NCBI GenBank assembly: GCA_964016885.1
Contig: OZ024750.1
Coordinates: forward strand, 33,542,001-33,606,000
Source of the DNA: Eledone cirrhosa
Taxonomy: Eukaryota
DNA: 64,000 nucleotides
Direction of reading: 5' to 3'
Positions 1-14,630 of this stretch are shown here, piece by piece (the stretch's first letter is position 1; every line of letters begins with the position of its first letter). Under the pieces are notes generated by a model. The model had not been told where the DNA came from and did no database searches. It saw only the letters and a list, made by a program, of their open reading frames with translations. A program made the position numbers and the translations under genes.

Positions 1-250
1 ATATTGAAATACAGAGCATAAAGTTAGATTCGCATGATATTGCTGGAGAGCTTAAAGACGAAATTGTTAGTGAATTTCTTTCGCAGGAGGTTACACAAGG
101 AAGAGCCAGAGGAGGACAACAAGCCAAGACCTATATTAAGTAGATTTGTGATGACATAAACTACAATCCTTCTGATCTACTGAATATGATGATCAATAGA
201 ATTGGATGGTGACAGAGAGTCAATGGTTTCCGTGCAGGTAGTGTGACCTA
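1..250 (+). mobile_element. Decayed 3' end of an RTE-type LINE ORF
   Basis: Manual translation across stops gives ...WRAKDEIVSEFL...TQGRARGGQQAKTYIK*ICDD...MMINRIGW*QRVNGFRAGSVT*, resembling the HCWR..GR..TY..DR..WR C-terminus of RTE-clade proteins. Confidence 0.65.
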
Positions 251-984
251 GCAGATTTAATCGACTTTCCCGTCCCCCAAAATTGCTGGCCTTGTGCCTA
301 AAGTGGAAGCAATTATTATAACCTAACAATTATAAATTCTATTTGGTTTCCTATTATTTTCATTATAAGTACTTTTAAGAAAATGACATTTTTCTGCTAC
401 AGCCAGCTCGTGGGCCCTCATTTGCTCCTAATAGAGCTGGGGAGAGCGGGAGAGACGTATGCAGTGACAGTGGGAGTTTGGTACCTTTGTGTTCGAACGG
501 GTGTATATGTATATGTTTCACAAACAGACACTTATAACAGAGAACAGAGTAGACAACTGGGCTATTAATGAGTAAAATGTATGGGAAAGAATATAGAATG
601 GCTTATTTGTCTTAGTTGCGGCATATTAGTTACTGGGAAGTTATCGTTTTAAAGATTACCATACTTTTCCTAGTGAATAAAATAAAATATAAAATATAAT
701 ATATACGCATTGTTAAATTTTACAGACAAATAATTTAAGAATTTATGAAGCAAATGATGGTATGATTGTCACTCAGAATCTTGAAACAATAATTACTTTC
801 AAATGAACATTTAGGCTCGTACTTCAGGTAATTAATCTCGCTTTTCACTGCATGTTATTTTCAATTAATTTAATAAATTTAAATTCTTGATTGTCTCCTC
901 TTCTACATTATTTTACTTGAATCATCCGCTAAGGCAACGGTCCTTTTCTCATCATTATGGCTATAAGTTGGATTAACTGGGAAT

Positions 985-1250
985 TCATGGTTCAAATATA
1001 CTGATCATAATGTCGTGGGTTTGATTCTCGGACTAGGTTATGCGTTGTGTTCTTGAACAGGGCACTTCATTTCACGATATCCCAGTAGGCTCAGCTGAAA
1101 ATGAGTACAAGCAATGGCTGGGGTTTTAACCCTGCAATCGACAGGTGTCCTGTGCAGGAGGGAGTATTGTACTCTCAATCGCTTCACGCCACGGAAACCG
1201 AGATAAGCACCTGCTTGATGAGCTTGCAGGCTCGAGACAGACTTTAGCTT
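985..1250 (+). mobile_element. Degenerate tRNA-derived SINE, family 2
   Basis: Shares tgtgttcttgaacagggcacttcatttcacg...ctcagctgaaaatgagt with copies at 27934 and 36316. Confidence 0.6.
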
Positions 1251-1434
1251 TCCTATAAGATTTCATGCAGCAGGCGGCCATAGTATTTCGCACGTAATTC
1301 TTTCATCTTCAGAACACATTACAATGTTCATATCAGAAATTTCTACATCTTTTCCAGTCAGTCTAAGAAACCTGAAATACGGTGAATTTATACTCGTTTT
1401 ATACTGGGGCCTGATAAGACTGAAACATGTTTAG

Positions 1435-1757
1435 GGGAATACAACTCGGACTGTTCATGTCCCATTATTGTTTTAGTTTCATTCCATATTACATGCAGTT
1501 TACTATTTGTTCTTCACCCCATCGTCGTTTCATCCATTATATGTCAGAAGTGCTGAAGGATTCTTTTGTCATAAATGAGTCCCAAACATTCTTTGCTTTT
1601 CTCAGGACTTTATAATTGAAGCAAAGACAAAAGAATCCTTCAGCATGTCTGATATATAATGGATCAAACGACGATGGGGTGGAGAATAAATGGTAAATTG
1701 TATGTCATGAAACTAAAACAACAACAATGGAACATACACAGCCCGAGTTGTATTCCT
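1435..1757. repeat. Diverged fold-back (about 130-bp arms)
   Basis: aatacaactcgg...gctgaaggattcttttgtc (1438-1570) is inversely matched by gacaaaagaatccttcagc...ccgagttgtatt (1626-1754). Confidence 0.8.
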
Positions 1758-2008
1758 AGAGTTAGCACCATATTGTCAAAGATTAGAACTATGCTACACT
1801 CCATGTTATATTTAATTGATTCTGAGTAATTAAATTCTTGGTTCTTTCCCATGCTTTTCTTGATTAGAAGCAATCATTAAGTTTATGAATTTCTACAATC
1901 TCTATGTGAATAATTTGAAATAATTGAAATTTCTTGGCTCACAACATCAAGAATATTGGCTCACTATTTCAAGTATTTATGCCGTTTTCCTGTATGAATA
2001 TCGATGTG

Positions 2009-2009
<1 letters not shown>

Positions 2010-2098
<89 letters not shown>
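2010..2098. repeat. (CA)n microsatellite
   Basis: Read directly. Confidence 0.99.
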
Positions 2099-2101
<3 letters not shown>

Positions 2102-2109
2102 AGTAATCA

Positions 2110-2439
2110 TAATAATTCTACTATAGGCACAAGGCCAGTAATTTGTGGGGAAGGGAAAGTCGATTAAATCGACCCCAGTGCGTGACTGGTACTTTATTTT
2201 ATCGACCCCGTAAGGATGAAAGGCAAAGTTAACCTCGGCGGAATCTGAACTCAAACTGTAAAGGACCGTAACTCTATGCTGCAAAGCATGGTGTCCAACT
2301 ATCTAGCGATACTGCCAATTCACCCCGCTTAATAATAATTGTTTCTACTTTTGGTACAAGGCCAACAATTACCCAGTGTATTACTGGTACTTTATTTTAT
2401 CGACCCTGTAAGGATGAAAGGCAAAGTTAACCTCGGCCG
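2110..2439 (-). mobile_element. Two tandem copies of tRNA-derived SINE family 1 (long form plus truncated short form)
   Basis: Reverse complement of the head (tggcagtatc...gagttcagattcc) and central gcctttcatccttacggggtcgataaaataaagtaccag, which resembles the Meta-SINE domain; AT-rich tail. Confidence 0.9.
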
Positions 2440-2728
2440 ATTAACTCACTCGATATATATATACATACACGAATAATAATAAATAGAAAAAAATATATAC
2501 ATACTACTGTACGTATTTATACATATATGTATTACGTATACATACTTATATTTAAGTAGCAGCCGTACTAAGAGTGAGAAATGAAATTTCGTTTCATTTT
2601 TTTCCATTTATCGATTTCGGTGCGCCCGGCCGATTAACTGACTCGATATGCAAATTAGGCTGCTGAGCCGTTAATATACATAAGTAAAGTATATACTTTC
2701 AGACGTTCAATCATCTGCAGGAAGGTAT

Positions 2729-2771
2729 ACGGTGCTGACGATAGCTAATAAGCTTGAAACTAGTACATCGT
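2729..2771 (+). ncRNA. Minimal type-I hammerhead ribozyme motif
   Basis: acggtg CTGACGA t agct aata agct t GAAA ctag TA catcgt. Stem I 6 bp (one G-U), stem II agct/agct, palindromic stem III ctag, GUA cleavage triplet. Confidence 0.75.
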
Positions 2772-2922
2772 TCCTTTGTCAGTGTTGAACAAAAGGGCAA
2801 CGATGGTTGCTAAACACTGTACGGCTTAATTCGGGATGTTTGTTTACAAACAAACCGAGCATTATAATAAATGCTCGGTAAAACCATACGTATGTATATA
2901 TATATGTATGTACGTATACATA

Positions 2923-2967
<45 letters not shown>

Positions 2968-3149
2968 CGAAGGAAATGTGGTAAGGAACAGGTGGACCAT
3001 AATGCACCAAAGTACTCAATACTTAGGGTAGTAGAGTGGGTAATAGGAACGAATAGGACCCCGACGGCTGAGCTCAAGCCGTTTCGACGGCTAATTCCAG
3101 AATTAGCCGTCGAAACGGCTTGAGCTCAGCCGTCGGGGTCCTACTCGTT

Positions 3150-3154
<5 letters not shown>
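2968..3154. mobile_element. (TA)n-embedded fold-back element, family H
   Basis: Leader tgtggtaagg..ggaccataa..gtactcaatactt..gtagtagagtgggtaatagg, then a 55-bp-arm hairpin (3043-3154). Homologues at 33611, 56863 and 58873. Confidence 0.85.
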
Positions 3155-3533
<379 letters not shown>

Positions 3534-4204
3534 GGACAGACAGACAGAAAGAGAGGGAGAGATAGAGAGGGGTTTCTGCCACACATTTTCAAAAAACAAG
3601 TAGTTTCATGATCATTCTTGGTCAGTTGTTATTTAGAACTTGTAGACGTGGCCGGTAATGTCTAATCGCCTGTTTTGAATGTATGTACATATATATATAT
3701 GTGTGTATATATATATATGTGTGTGTTGTATATATATCTGTGTGTGTGTGTGTGTGTGCGGGTGTGTGTGTATATGTGTGTGTGCGTGTGTACAGTTGTC
3801 CATTTAATGAATATATAAGTGTACATAATAAGTTCATTAGCTGATCTGATGAGTCGAGCATCTCTAAGATCAATAGATTAAGATTCAATACATCCTGAAA
3901 AGAGAATTTTATGTTAAATGGACCTCCTAATTACATGCCTATGTCACATTCATAACTGTAATTAACTATAGGCCATTCAGATCATTAAGGTTATGGCTTC
4001 CGTTAATTAAATTGAGAAAAATTATTATATATTTCCACTGCCAGATTAATGAACGAAATATCATAAATAACCTTTACAAGGGACAACCAACTACTTCAGA
4101 TTTATGAAATAATGTCTCAATATTAGGGATCTTATCGATGTGAACACTAATAAGATGTTGTGAATATTGACTTGGAATTCAAATATATATTTTAGAAGCA
4201 ATTT

Positions 4205-4562
4205 GTAGTTTACTTGAAGCATTGAATATGGTATAAAGACTTCGACGTTTGAAAGCCACGACAATGCGGATTGGACGGAAAATAATCAAGTCGTAAGAGG
4301 TATTCTTTACCTTAATTTATTCATGTCCTGATATTTCGAGATTAATATCTCTTCTTCCGAGGAAAATAAAAATAAAACACTTCCGTCCAACATGGTATAG
4401 CAAACAGCATCGGACACTGGAATAGTTCCTTTATTTTCCTCAGAAGAAGAGATATTAATCTCGAAATATCAGGACATATGAATAAATTAAGGTAAAAACA
4501 TCCCTCGTTTCTTACGACTGGATTATTTTCCGTCCACTCCGCATTGTCGTGGCTTTCAAACT
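4205..4562. mobile_element. Fold-back element with two core-mutated hammerhead motifs (4327-4362 minus, 4438-4473 plus)
   Basis: Arms 4248-4370 and 4429-4560; cct CAGAAGA/CGGAAGA a gaga tattaa tctc GAAA ta TC agg. Homologous to 59160-59355, which has an intact CTGAAGA. Confidence 0.7.
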
Positions 4563-5435
4563 TCGAATTCTTTATATATTTTACACTTTGAGTCAAATCA
4601 TTTTGGTTTCCCATAATTATATAAACAAAATGTAATTGTGTGTACAAAAATATTTGGCTAATTTAGACCTTTGACTTCAGACGTTTAATAATACCACTTG
4701 GTCCTTGTGTACCTTTAATGAGATCTATTCTATAGTAAAAATTCCAACCAAGTCCTCCGTTTGAGAATAACTTCCTGTTGGAGGCGCTGAAAATATATAG
4801 TACCATAGGCATAACCCTTCTTTCCTCGACAAAACTATAAAAGTAAAACAACACAGAAAACATTGTGAGTTTAAGTAGGAATAATTATATTATAGCTTGT
4901 TAAAAGTGTATTCAGTTGTAAAATTATATACTACATACTTTTCTAACATTATCAAAACAAACTCATGTTTATCCTAAGTAGAATATATCATTCTAGTATG
5001 TACAAAAGAAACATCAATATTTAGCTAACAAGTTTAATAACAGTTAATGTTCATATAAAGTTTGTCCTTACGTTCATTAGATATTTTATTTATTTACATA
5101 AATATATATTATGTTTCATTTTTTTCATATTATGAATATATATTGCGTTGATTCAACATAAAATTTCTCATTAACATCAATTACATATTAGTGGTTATTA
5201 ACATTTCAAATATTATTCTCTTCAAAAATTTTAAAACACCTTCACTCTTCGTATATCAAAATATTTTGGAAATATATGATTCCAAATTGGTAGTTATATG
5301 TTCCAGCTAGATGTTTGGTAACTAGTGTCATTAAAAGATGTCTTCACATAAATACTCTTCAGGCATTTAATTTACAATTTTAGCGTTTGTAGTTTAATGA
5401 CTAAACATTCTAATGCGCTAAAGTCACAAACTGAT

Positions 5436-5658
<223 letters not shown>

Positions 5659-5849
5659 AAAAATGTGTGAAATCCTTGGTACAGTTAGGTATATTTGAAA
5701 AAAAGGAAAAGAATGACTTCACTTGTTGGTATTCTATAAAATTTAATTTTATAATTTTGCTATGTAGATTTAATAAGTCCTTTGTTAATTTTGGTGAAAA
5801 GTTCTCCTGAAAGTTAACCAGGGTTTTAAGAAATACTTATCTATATATA

Positions 5850-6072
5850 ATGATTTCTAGTATAGGCACAAGGTCAGTGATTTGGAGAGAGGAGAAAGTC
5901 GATTAAATCGACCCCAGTACGTTACTCGTGCTTTATTTTATCGACCACGTGTGGGTGAAAGGCAAAGCTAACCTCGGCGAGATTTGAACTCAGACCATAA
6001 AGGACCGTAACTCTATGCGATGCTGCAAAGCATGTTGTCCGATTCTCTACCAATACTGCCAATCCACCGCCC
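5850..6072 (-). mobile_element. SINE family 1, long form
   Basis: Same head, central domain and tail as other copies. Confidence 0.9.
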
Positions 6073-6081
6073 TACTTATAT

Positions 6082-6200
6082 ATCTATACTTATGTATCTA
6101 AAACAGAGAATGTTTGTCTGTCTGTTTGACTCCCTAAAACTCTAGAACTACCCAACCGATTTATTTTCAAACTTTGCACGTGTAATACTTATGGTCGTGT
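6082..6200 (+). mobile_element. Probable Helitron-type 5' end
   Basis: tctatac...tctaaaacagagaatgtttgtctgtctg...aaccgatt...tcaaactttgcac resembles 5' ends of non-autonomous Helitrons; recognition only. Confidence 0.4.
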
Positions 6201-6513
6201 GAGTGTTACCATTAAAGCCAGTGATAGAAATGTGGGCAACTTAAGAATTAAGGAAGCCTTGCTCATATGTAGACTCAACCCGTAAATAAATAATAGATTA
6301 GAACTCAGCACACAGTACTTGACATAAAAAGACTCACCCACAGGCACATAAACTAAACATCTCGTACAAAAAAGAAAATTGATTTCGTGAAATATTACAT
6401 TGGCAATTGACGTCATTCGCGTGGAAAGCGAAATAACCATAGAAAAAAAACGACTTAGAAAAAGTTTTAATCAAAATTTGATCCCAAAGAGAGGAAATTG
6501 GAACGTTATGCAC

Positions 6514-6693
6514 TTGGCAGTGTCGGTAGAGAGTCGGACGCCATGCTTTCCAGCAAAATTACGTCCCTTTACGGTCTGAGTTCAAATCCCGCCGAGGTTA
6601 ACTTTGCCTTTCATCCTTACGGGGTCGATAAAATAAAGTACCAGTAATGTACTGGGTAATTGCTGGTCATGTGCCTAAAGTAGAAACAATTAT
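6514..6693 (+). mobile_element. SINE family 1, short form
   Basis: ttggcagtgtcggtagag...gagttcaaatccc...ggggtcgataaaataaagtaccag...gtagaaacaattatt. Confidence 0.92.
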
Positions 6694-8340
6694 TTTCCAT
6701 TGTATCAGAGTGGCCGTCAGCAATGGTTTGATGTGAGTTCTAATTTCATGACTTGGCGATACATCTCATCCAGTAGTCTGGAGTGTACAACAATGTAGTC
6801 TGGAGTAAGAAGTCCGAACAACAATGTTTCACATATTCACACAGTTTTCAAATATAAAACCTAAACAGAGATGTTTTATCAAGTGCAATTCACTGTTTTG
6901 TCTTATAACATCTTAAAGTACATTCTATGGTATGTGTATTTAGGTTTCTTAGAAATGAGGTGTTAAACTATCACATGATCTACAGGACAGGTGCAATGTG
7001 CCCGAACTCCCACTGTCATCGCCTCCATTTCTCTTGCCATCCACATCTCTCTCTAAATGGGGTCCCACAAACTGGCCACCCAACAGCCCCAGTGAACAAA
7101 ATGGAGATTGTGGTGGTGTTTCTCACGATACACTGTCTCATTTTTGTTGCAATAAATTTCTAGAGGGGTTACGAAATTCACTTCGCAATCATGAAGTACG
7201 TGGTACGATTTCACTATTTGGTGTCTTAGACAAGTATCTGTTATCATAACTTGCTATCGACCTAAACATTTTGTGTAAAAGGATATAGATGAAAACAGTG
7301 TGGAGGCTTGTATGATTGTCTGTATCGAATTACAAATTTAAGGTACTACCTTAACCATGCTAATTCTCCTGAAGATTTAAAGATGCATGTGTTTGTTGAA
7401 TATTCAGTGAGACGCTGATACAAGTGGTAAAATATTTAATTGTTCGAACACAGCAATACACGCGATCAAAATATTCAAAAGTTGCATCATAGCAAATTGC
7501 GTGCAAAAAATAGTTCAACAGGTTGATAAAAAAAGTGTCCGATAAATTATCTGTAATTTTCTAAGGATTTAATTCCTTCAGACACTCTGGCATCTCATTT
7601 TAAATCATATAATCCAGTATTGTGTCGTATCTTTACTTAATCCCTTCTACAGTTCTGCTTCTACACAATTTTTCACTAATATTTTTCCATGATTGATATA
7701 CTAAGATCAGCACAAAAGAAGATAATGAGTCTTAATACATTTAGCTTATTTTTCGTCTTTTTTTATCCGATTAAAGTCCATTATTCGTATTTAGATAATG
7801 AATCAGACTTTATATAAATTGCATGTTGCGCTTCATTAGGCTGAAATTAACTTGGCTGCAAACAAATTGTCTTGCTTGGATTTATTTTGCCATACCATTT
7901 ACGATAATATAACAGCAAAGCAACGAACTAGAAAACATATATTGAATATAATTCAGCTTCTTACAGGCGAAACCCAGTTATTTCATGTCAACAATAAATT
8001 ATAATTATACGTTCAAACGATGCGGATGCTATAATTTACGGTACTAAACATCTGTTTAAGTTTCGCTGTTCTAAATATTTTAGAAAACATTATATAAATA
8101 TTTTAATATTAGACTTTAATATCAAATTTATATGCCTCTCCTCTGTGTACTTTTAACCTTACCAGTACTATATATATTTATATAAGTGAGTTGTATGTTT
8201 ATATAAGATTTAGTCTTGGAAAGTAGGAGAGCAACACAGCTACACAATCTAAACTATATTAAAGGAAGGTCTGCAGGATTGCGTACGGTTAATTTTTTTT
8301 TCATCTCGTTTGTAAAATAAGTTGGATTACTTTGAATAAA

Positions 8341-8720
8341 TAATTCTTTCTACTTTTGGCACAAGGCCAGCAATTATCCCAGTGTATTACTGGTACTTTA
8401 TTTTATCCACCCCGTAAGGATGAAAGGCGAAGTTAACCTTGGCGGGATTTGAACTCAGAATGGCAAGGGCCGTAACTCCACACGTAAAAGCCTGGCGTCC
8501 GACCCTCTACCCATACTGCCAATCCACCTAAATAATTGTTTCTACTTTAGGCACAAGGCCAGCAATTACCCAGCGCATTACTGGTACTTTATTTTATCGA
8601 CCCCGTAAGGATGAAAGGCAAAGTCAACCTCGGCGGGATTTGAACTCAGATCGTAAAGGGACGTAACTATGCTGTAAAGCATGGCGTCCGACCCTCCACT
8701 GATACTGCCAATCCACCTAA
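8341..8720 (-). mobile_element. Two head-to-tail SINE family 1 copies
   Basis: Copies at 8341-8530 and 8531-8719; both end in ccacctaaataat. Confidence 0.92.
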
Positions 8721-10165
8721 ATAATGAATGAATATTACATAATTTATCTACTCAATTTCGTAAACAAAAATAATTTCGTAAAAATAAATAATTTAAAATT
8801 GACTTCTTTTCAAAGTTGCACTTCCGGTATATCGTCGCCACCACCACCACTTCAACTACCATATATATTGAAAGAGAGAGTGTGTGATGAGAGAGTTAGA
8901 GAGATTATGATTTTCTACACTTGACGCGTATGATTGTGCACATACATACACCTATATGTATGAGTATATAACTATTAGGAGTATATATTTCTGTCGCTAA
9001 TTTTCTCCTAATGCAGTTTATATATAATATCGTCTTTTTTAATGTATCATGAATTACTTTACTGATTACATAAGACAGTGTAACGCAGTCTTCGTTCAAT
9101 TTCTGTGTATATTGTCAGTTACGATTTTATTTGATGTATCATTTCTACATGTATATATACTTGCGTATAATATCAATATACACACTACACATGGTACACT
9201 ACACCCGAACGGTGGTTTTTCTGCTAGTATTCTTAAAAGAAATTAAGTGGTGTTGCTATAAATGTTGTATGGAATCAACAATAACTTGAGATCGAGGGCT
9301 CAGGGCACGATTTCGATTCTCAGTTAATTCAGTTTTATATCTTTTAAGTCTTTAATATCATCACAGTTAACTCTTCCCTACTACATCATATGTACACAAA
9401 GCAGACTACTTTCCGTGACATACTTGATCAAGTCAGCACCTGCAGCGGACTATTAAGGCATTATCATTATCTACAATATTTAAAATAGACATCTTTCTAT
9501 GTATTTAAACTCTCTTGTCAATCTTCATACAAAAAATAAAAAACCAACATCCTTTACTGGTACTGATATAAAATTAAATTAGTTAAACTATGTTTTGTAA
9601 CAATTAATCGCTATTAATATGTAATGTTTGTTTCTCCATATGAATTTAGCCGTCTTTTCTCTCATTATTATACTTAATCGTGAATTATTCTGAATTATTC
9701 ACACTTCTTAATGTGACATTCACTAATCGGCTTTTATTTTTCATTTAGTTATTGAATATTTCACTGGTGTCTCCGGATAAAATTCAAAACAATAATTATT
9801 TTTGTGAAAAGAAATTATAAATACCGGGCCAGTTATTTAATCTCCAAGTTACTTGAAATGAATTATTGAAAAACTCTAATGAAAACCAGCTTACCATTTA
9901 ACGAAAGCAATTAATTGTTAAAACTAATAACTTTTTTTTTTTTCGGTCCGCCAATGTTTTTAGCTCATTTTACAGAATAAATTCTTCGAGATTAACCGAT
10001 CAGAAATTCTGTTTCTAAGAACAAAAAACATTTATTATATATCTATGTGTGTGTGTGTATATATGTAGATATATATTTTTATATATTCTTAAATATACAT
10101 ATTCATATTAGTACATGTATATATATTTATGCACACACATGTATGTATGTATAGATAGATAGAGA

Positions 10166-10227
<62 letters not shown>

Positions 10228-10268
10228 CATACATAAATATATATATGCTTACATACATAATTACATAC

Positions 10269-10321
<53 letters not shown>

Positions 10322-10389
10322 GAGAAAAACTGATAGATAGCTATGTGTGTGTGTAGTCTCGCTGTAACAATAGTCTCCGTGGTTAAAGC

Positions 10390-10602
10390 GCAGCTCATCC
10401 ATTTAAAACTCAGCTCACCCATTTAAAGCAGAAGTCACCTATTTAAAACACACCTCATCCATTTAAAACACAAGCCATCTATTTAAAGCGCGTCACCCAT
10501 CTAAAATTCAGCTCACCCATTTAAAACACAAATCACCCATTTAAAACACAGCTCATCCATTTAAAAAGCAAGTCACTATTTAAAGCACAGCTCATCTTTT
10601 AA
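10390..10602. repeat. Degenerate minisatellite, about 20-bp unit (cagctcacccatttaaaaca), about 10 copies
   Basis: ccatttaaa recurs at about 20-nt spacing. Confidence 0.85.
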
Positions 10603-11555
10603 AACGGATCAGATAACTCGATAAGCTCCCCTGTCATCTATAAGCTCACTATGAATGTTTACTTACATGACGTTATTGGCAGCTATTTATGTAAAATGCG
10701 ATGAAAAAGTGACATGTCGTTAGTTTCTCAGTACATAATCTTACTAATTTCCATATGTAACCAATTCAATAAGTTTACCTCAGCATATTCTATAGTTTCT
10801 CACATAAGATATATGTTATTTTGAAGCAGATTTATGTATCTCTATATTACGATTGTCTGGTATGTTAAATGCATCGACATAAAGCAATCATTTCTGACAA
10901 ACAGTAATTGAAGATGTTTCTATTTTAAATATATAAAATACTTTGTTTTGTATCAGCCAAATACTTACGCCATTTTCTTTAGTCAAGAGAAATCGAATTG
11001 GAATTAATTGGTAATGTACAATAATACATGTGCATAATTAAACATAATTCATAACAGAATTTCCTATTGGCAACAGAATTAATCCCATATTTATTAATTA
11101 CTCCAAAAGTCGCTTCAACTGCAATATTCAACAATACTATAAAATTGTTTTGATTAATAAAATCTTTTCAATATATATTCGTAAATAATTATTGCAAATA
11201 CATTTCCCAAGAGAAATTCCAGTCGGCTGATGTTAACAATCCTTCATATTGCTTTTAATTCAGAAGTGAAAAGAGTTATATGTTTACGCAACGTTAGTTG
11301 AAACTTCTTATGAAAATTGGCAACATCTTAAGATGGAAGATATTTTGATTGTTTCAATGTTTTCAAAGTTTTATATTATTGGACACATTTTTTTATTATC
11401 TCGAGTGATTTTATTCATAAGGTTGTCGCTAAAGTTAAGTACAGATAAGAGAAGAGGGAAATATTTGCCGTGTATTATTGCCAAATATATTAATAAAACT
11501 CACACTGACTATTTGCAGTAGAACACTAAAGTTGTTGAATAAATAACATAAAGTT

Positions 11556-11730
<175 letters not shown>

Positions 11731-12440
11731 TAAAAGTGACAAAGGCGCTGTGTAGTTACTATTAAATATTGTTTAGAAAACGTAAGAGAGGTACAAACAT
11801 AAGGATAATTCCCGCTCTTCGGCTGTCTGCTGTGGGTCGCTGATGTTTCAACGCATCAAAGACAGTACATCTCACCACAGTGCGTTAATAACTATGAGTA
11901 TAGTTATAAGGGAAGGAAACAACAACAAAAAAACAGAGACGACAGCGAATAGAACGACAGAAAAAGAAAAGAAACAGAAGAAAAACATACCGATAGAGAG
12001 GAGGAAACACGAGACAGTAGTACATGTAAGTTGCAGTAACCAATGGGATAGAGGGAGAAGTTAAATAGGCAACCGAGCATAAGCCCTGAATCCATATTAA
12101 CAGTACGAGAGAGAGCGAAGAGAAAAACGTCTTCACACACACATATATATATATATATACACGTATGTAACACACACACATATATACATATATATGTGTG
12201 TGTGTGGCACTCCATCGGTTATACACACATACACACATACATATACACACACGTGAGTACATGTGTGTCTATGTATGTATGCGTTTACATTTATGCGGCT
12301 TAACAACCAGACCTGTTTTTATGTCCTTTATCTTACTGTCATAAACGAGAAGTATGTAAGGAAAGAAAGACAGATGAACAGATAAATAAAGAGAGAGAGC
12401 GAGAGTGAGAGAAAGATAGAGAGAGAGGGGAGAGAGAGAG

Positions 12441-12485
<45 letters not shown>

Positions 12486-12929
12486 AGTAAGGAGTAGACG
12501 GTAAACTATAATTGCTAGATATATCATTTTATGTAGAAAATAAAATATATTTTCTTTCTTTTTTGCACGCGTTATTTTTTAACAAATAAGATGAATTCCT
12601 TAGAAACGAGATCGCAATGTCTTTCCTATGACCCACCGACAGAGAATACAGATATAAAATATTTATAAGTGGTGGGTTTTATTCCAAAACTTGTGGACAA
12701 AGCTTTTACTATTGTTTATAAAGTATTAAATCGCGCCATGTGTAGTCTTGGCGAAACAAATCTTTAACAGAGATTGAATTCCTGTTTTGTAGATATTGTA
12801 CTTCTCTTGCCACTCACTATTGAGCAATCATAATCATAAACATATTTACTGCGTCGTAAAGCTGAGGGATTTGTGGTTCAAATAACATATCTCCAAACAT
12901 TTTAATTAATTAATTAAAACTGTTGGACC

Positions 12930-13255
12930 TCCGTCGGTTCCTACGACGAGTGTTCCAGTTGATGCGATCAATGGAACAGCCTCATCTTGAAATTAACGGG
13001 CAGGTGGCTGAGCATTCGATAGATAGGTGCGTACTTAATGTAGTTCTCGGGGAGATTCAGCAGGACACGTTGTATGACGAGGCTGGTCCTTTGAATTACA
13101 AATACGACACATTTTTACCAGCTGAGTGGACCTGGAGCAACGAAAAATAAATAGTTTTGTTTAATGACTCAACGTGCTGTCGGGAATAAAAACCCAGTAC
13201 TTTACGAGTGTATGTCAAACGGGTTAACCACAAAGCCACATGCCTGCACAGTTAC
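12930..13255 (-). mobile_element. Degenerate tRNA-SINE related to family 2
   Basis: Reverse complement contains gtggctttgtggttaa (A-box-like) and ttgctccaggtccactcagctggtaaaaatg, shared with family 2. Confidence 0.55.
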
Positions 13256-13389
13256 TGGAAAGCAATCTTGGTTTAATTCATGTGAGTGAGAATATAATTT
13301 AATACTTTATCTTGACGTGTGTCGAGCAATGACACATTTTGGGCAATAAACTAGATTTGATTCTCAGTTTAAACCAATCTATGGCACTG

Positions 13390-13640
13390 AGAAGGCTGCG
13401 AATTGTTAGAACGTCGGATAGAATGCTTTGTAGTATTCGTTCCGACTCTCTGCTCTCTGAGTTCAAGTCCCGCTAAGGTCAACTTTGCCTTTCATCCTTT
13501 CGAGGTCGATAAAAAAAAAAGAATCAGTCTAGTACTGGGGTCGATTATTCCTCTATATCTCTTTCTCACTTCTATTCTCTCACTATCTATCTTTTTCTGG
13601 ATTGAATCTGGAGAGAGGATGGGCTCTGCCAGTTTTAAAA
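13390..13640 (+). mobile_element. SINE family 1 variant with an alternative pyrimidine-rich 3' extension
   Basis: SINE core followed by cctctatatctctttctcacttc...gagaggatgggctctgccag; same junction at 54585-54832 and 63690-63900 (both minus). Confidence 0.75.
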
Positions 13641-14630
13641 AGAAAACTAAGAAACGCAGTATGTCAATATATCCCCACCCAAGAGTCTCGAGAGAAACAG
13701 GATTGTTGCACCGCTTCACGTTCCTAGCTCTCTTCTGAAATTATTAGTTTTAATTTCGAAACTTCAGTTGTATGATATTAATTTTTCCCTATAAAACTTC
13801 AAGCTTTCTAATTAACCAAATATTAATAATCAACGTTAAACAAATCAATCATCTTTCTAGTACGTGAAATTTATAACAACCAGATGCTGCTGGAGTATAT
13901 ATTACTTAATTATATAAAGTTTATATCGCAAAAGAGTATATAATCGTCAAATATTGTCTCTAAATTTCCATTTTTCCACTCGAGATTAGCTATATGTTCT
14001 TTTCTTTTAGAAAAGCTGTGGATTTTATTAGAAATTAGTGTTTTTACATCAGTGCATCTTTCCAAATAATTTGCTTTCGTTGAAATTATAGCCTGAGGAA
14101 CAATACTTCAAAGCAACAAGAATCTTCTTTCTTAATTTTCTTCCAAATTTATCTCGTATTTTTCTCACATTGCTAAAAGCTATTTATTTAAAAGTGATGA
14201 TTTCTTTCAGAAACTTTTTCCGTTTTTTTTTGTTTTGTTTTTTTTTTCATTATTTGAATATTTTTATTTTATTTTTTTAAATATTAATTTTTTGTTCTAA
14301 ACATATAGATATATGAAATTGTTTGATATTTTTTTCTAAATATCGAACAGTGTTTTCAGCTTTATTGAAATTTTGATAACTTTTATTATATTTTTATAGT
14401 CAGAACATTGTGTTCTTGTAGTCATAACCGTATTGTTTTTCTTATATATTTAATAAGAAAGAATGTTTTTCTAGCATTTCTGAAACTTGTTTAGGTCTAT
14501 TTTCGAACATTGAACCCCAAAATCACGTTAGTTTTTTGCTTATTGCTCCAATCTTCTGTTTTACGACATACTCCCATTTTTTAATAATCGCCGTAAACAG
14601 TATCCGATTACAATTAACTAACCTACCACA

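Noticed and set aside
1405-1437. Hammerhead-like ctgataa..gaaacatgtt
   Set aside because: Core is mismatched, stem II is absent and stem I does not pair.
3060-3140. Hammerhead in family H hairpins
   Set aside because: Only the GAAA half is present; no CUGANGA in any of the four copies.
3846-3905. CTGATGA followed by a distant GAAA
   Set aside because: No convincing helices. Similar unsupported core hits near 1305, 5356, 7369, 26536, 35341, 42292, 44023, 45213, 53831 and 63715 were also rejected.
6927-7260. WPPNSP motif suggesting a Tc1-family transposase, or a Helitron coding remnant on the minus strand
   Set aside because: Surrounding residues do not continue either family convincingly by eye; needs a profile search.
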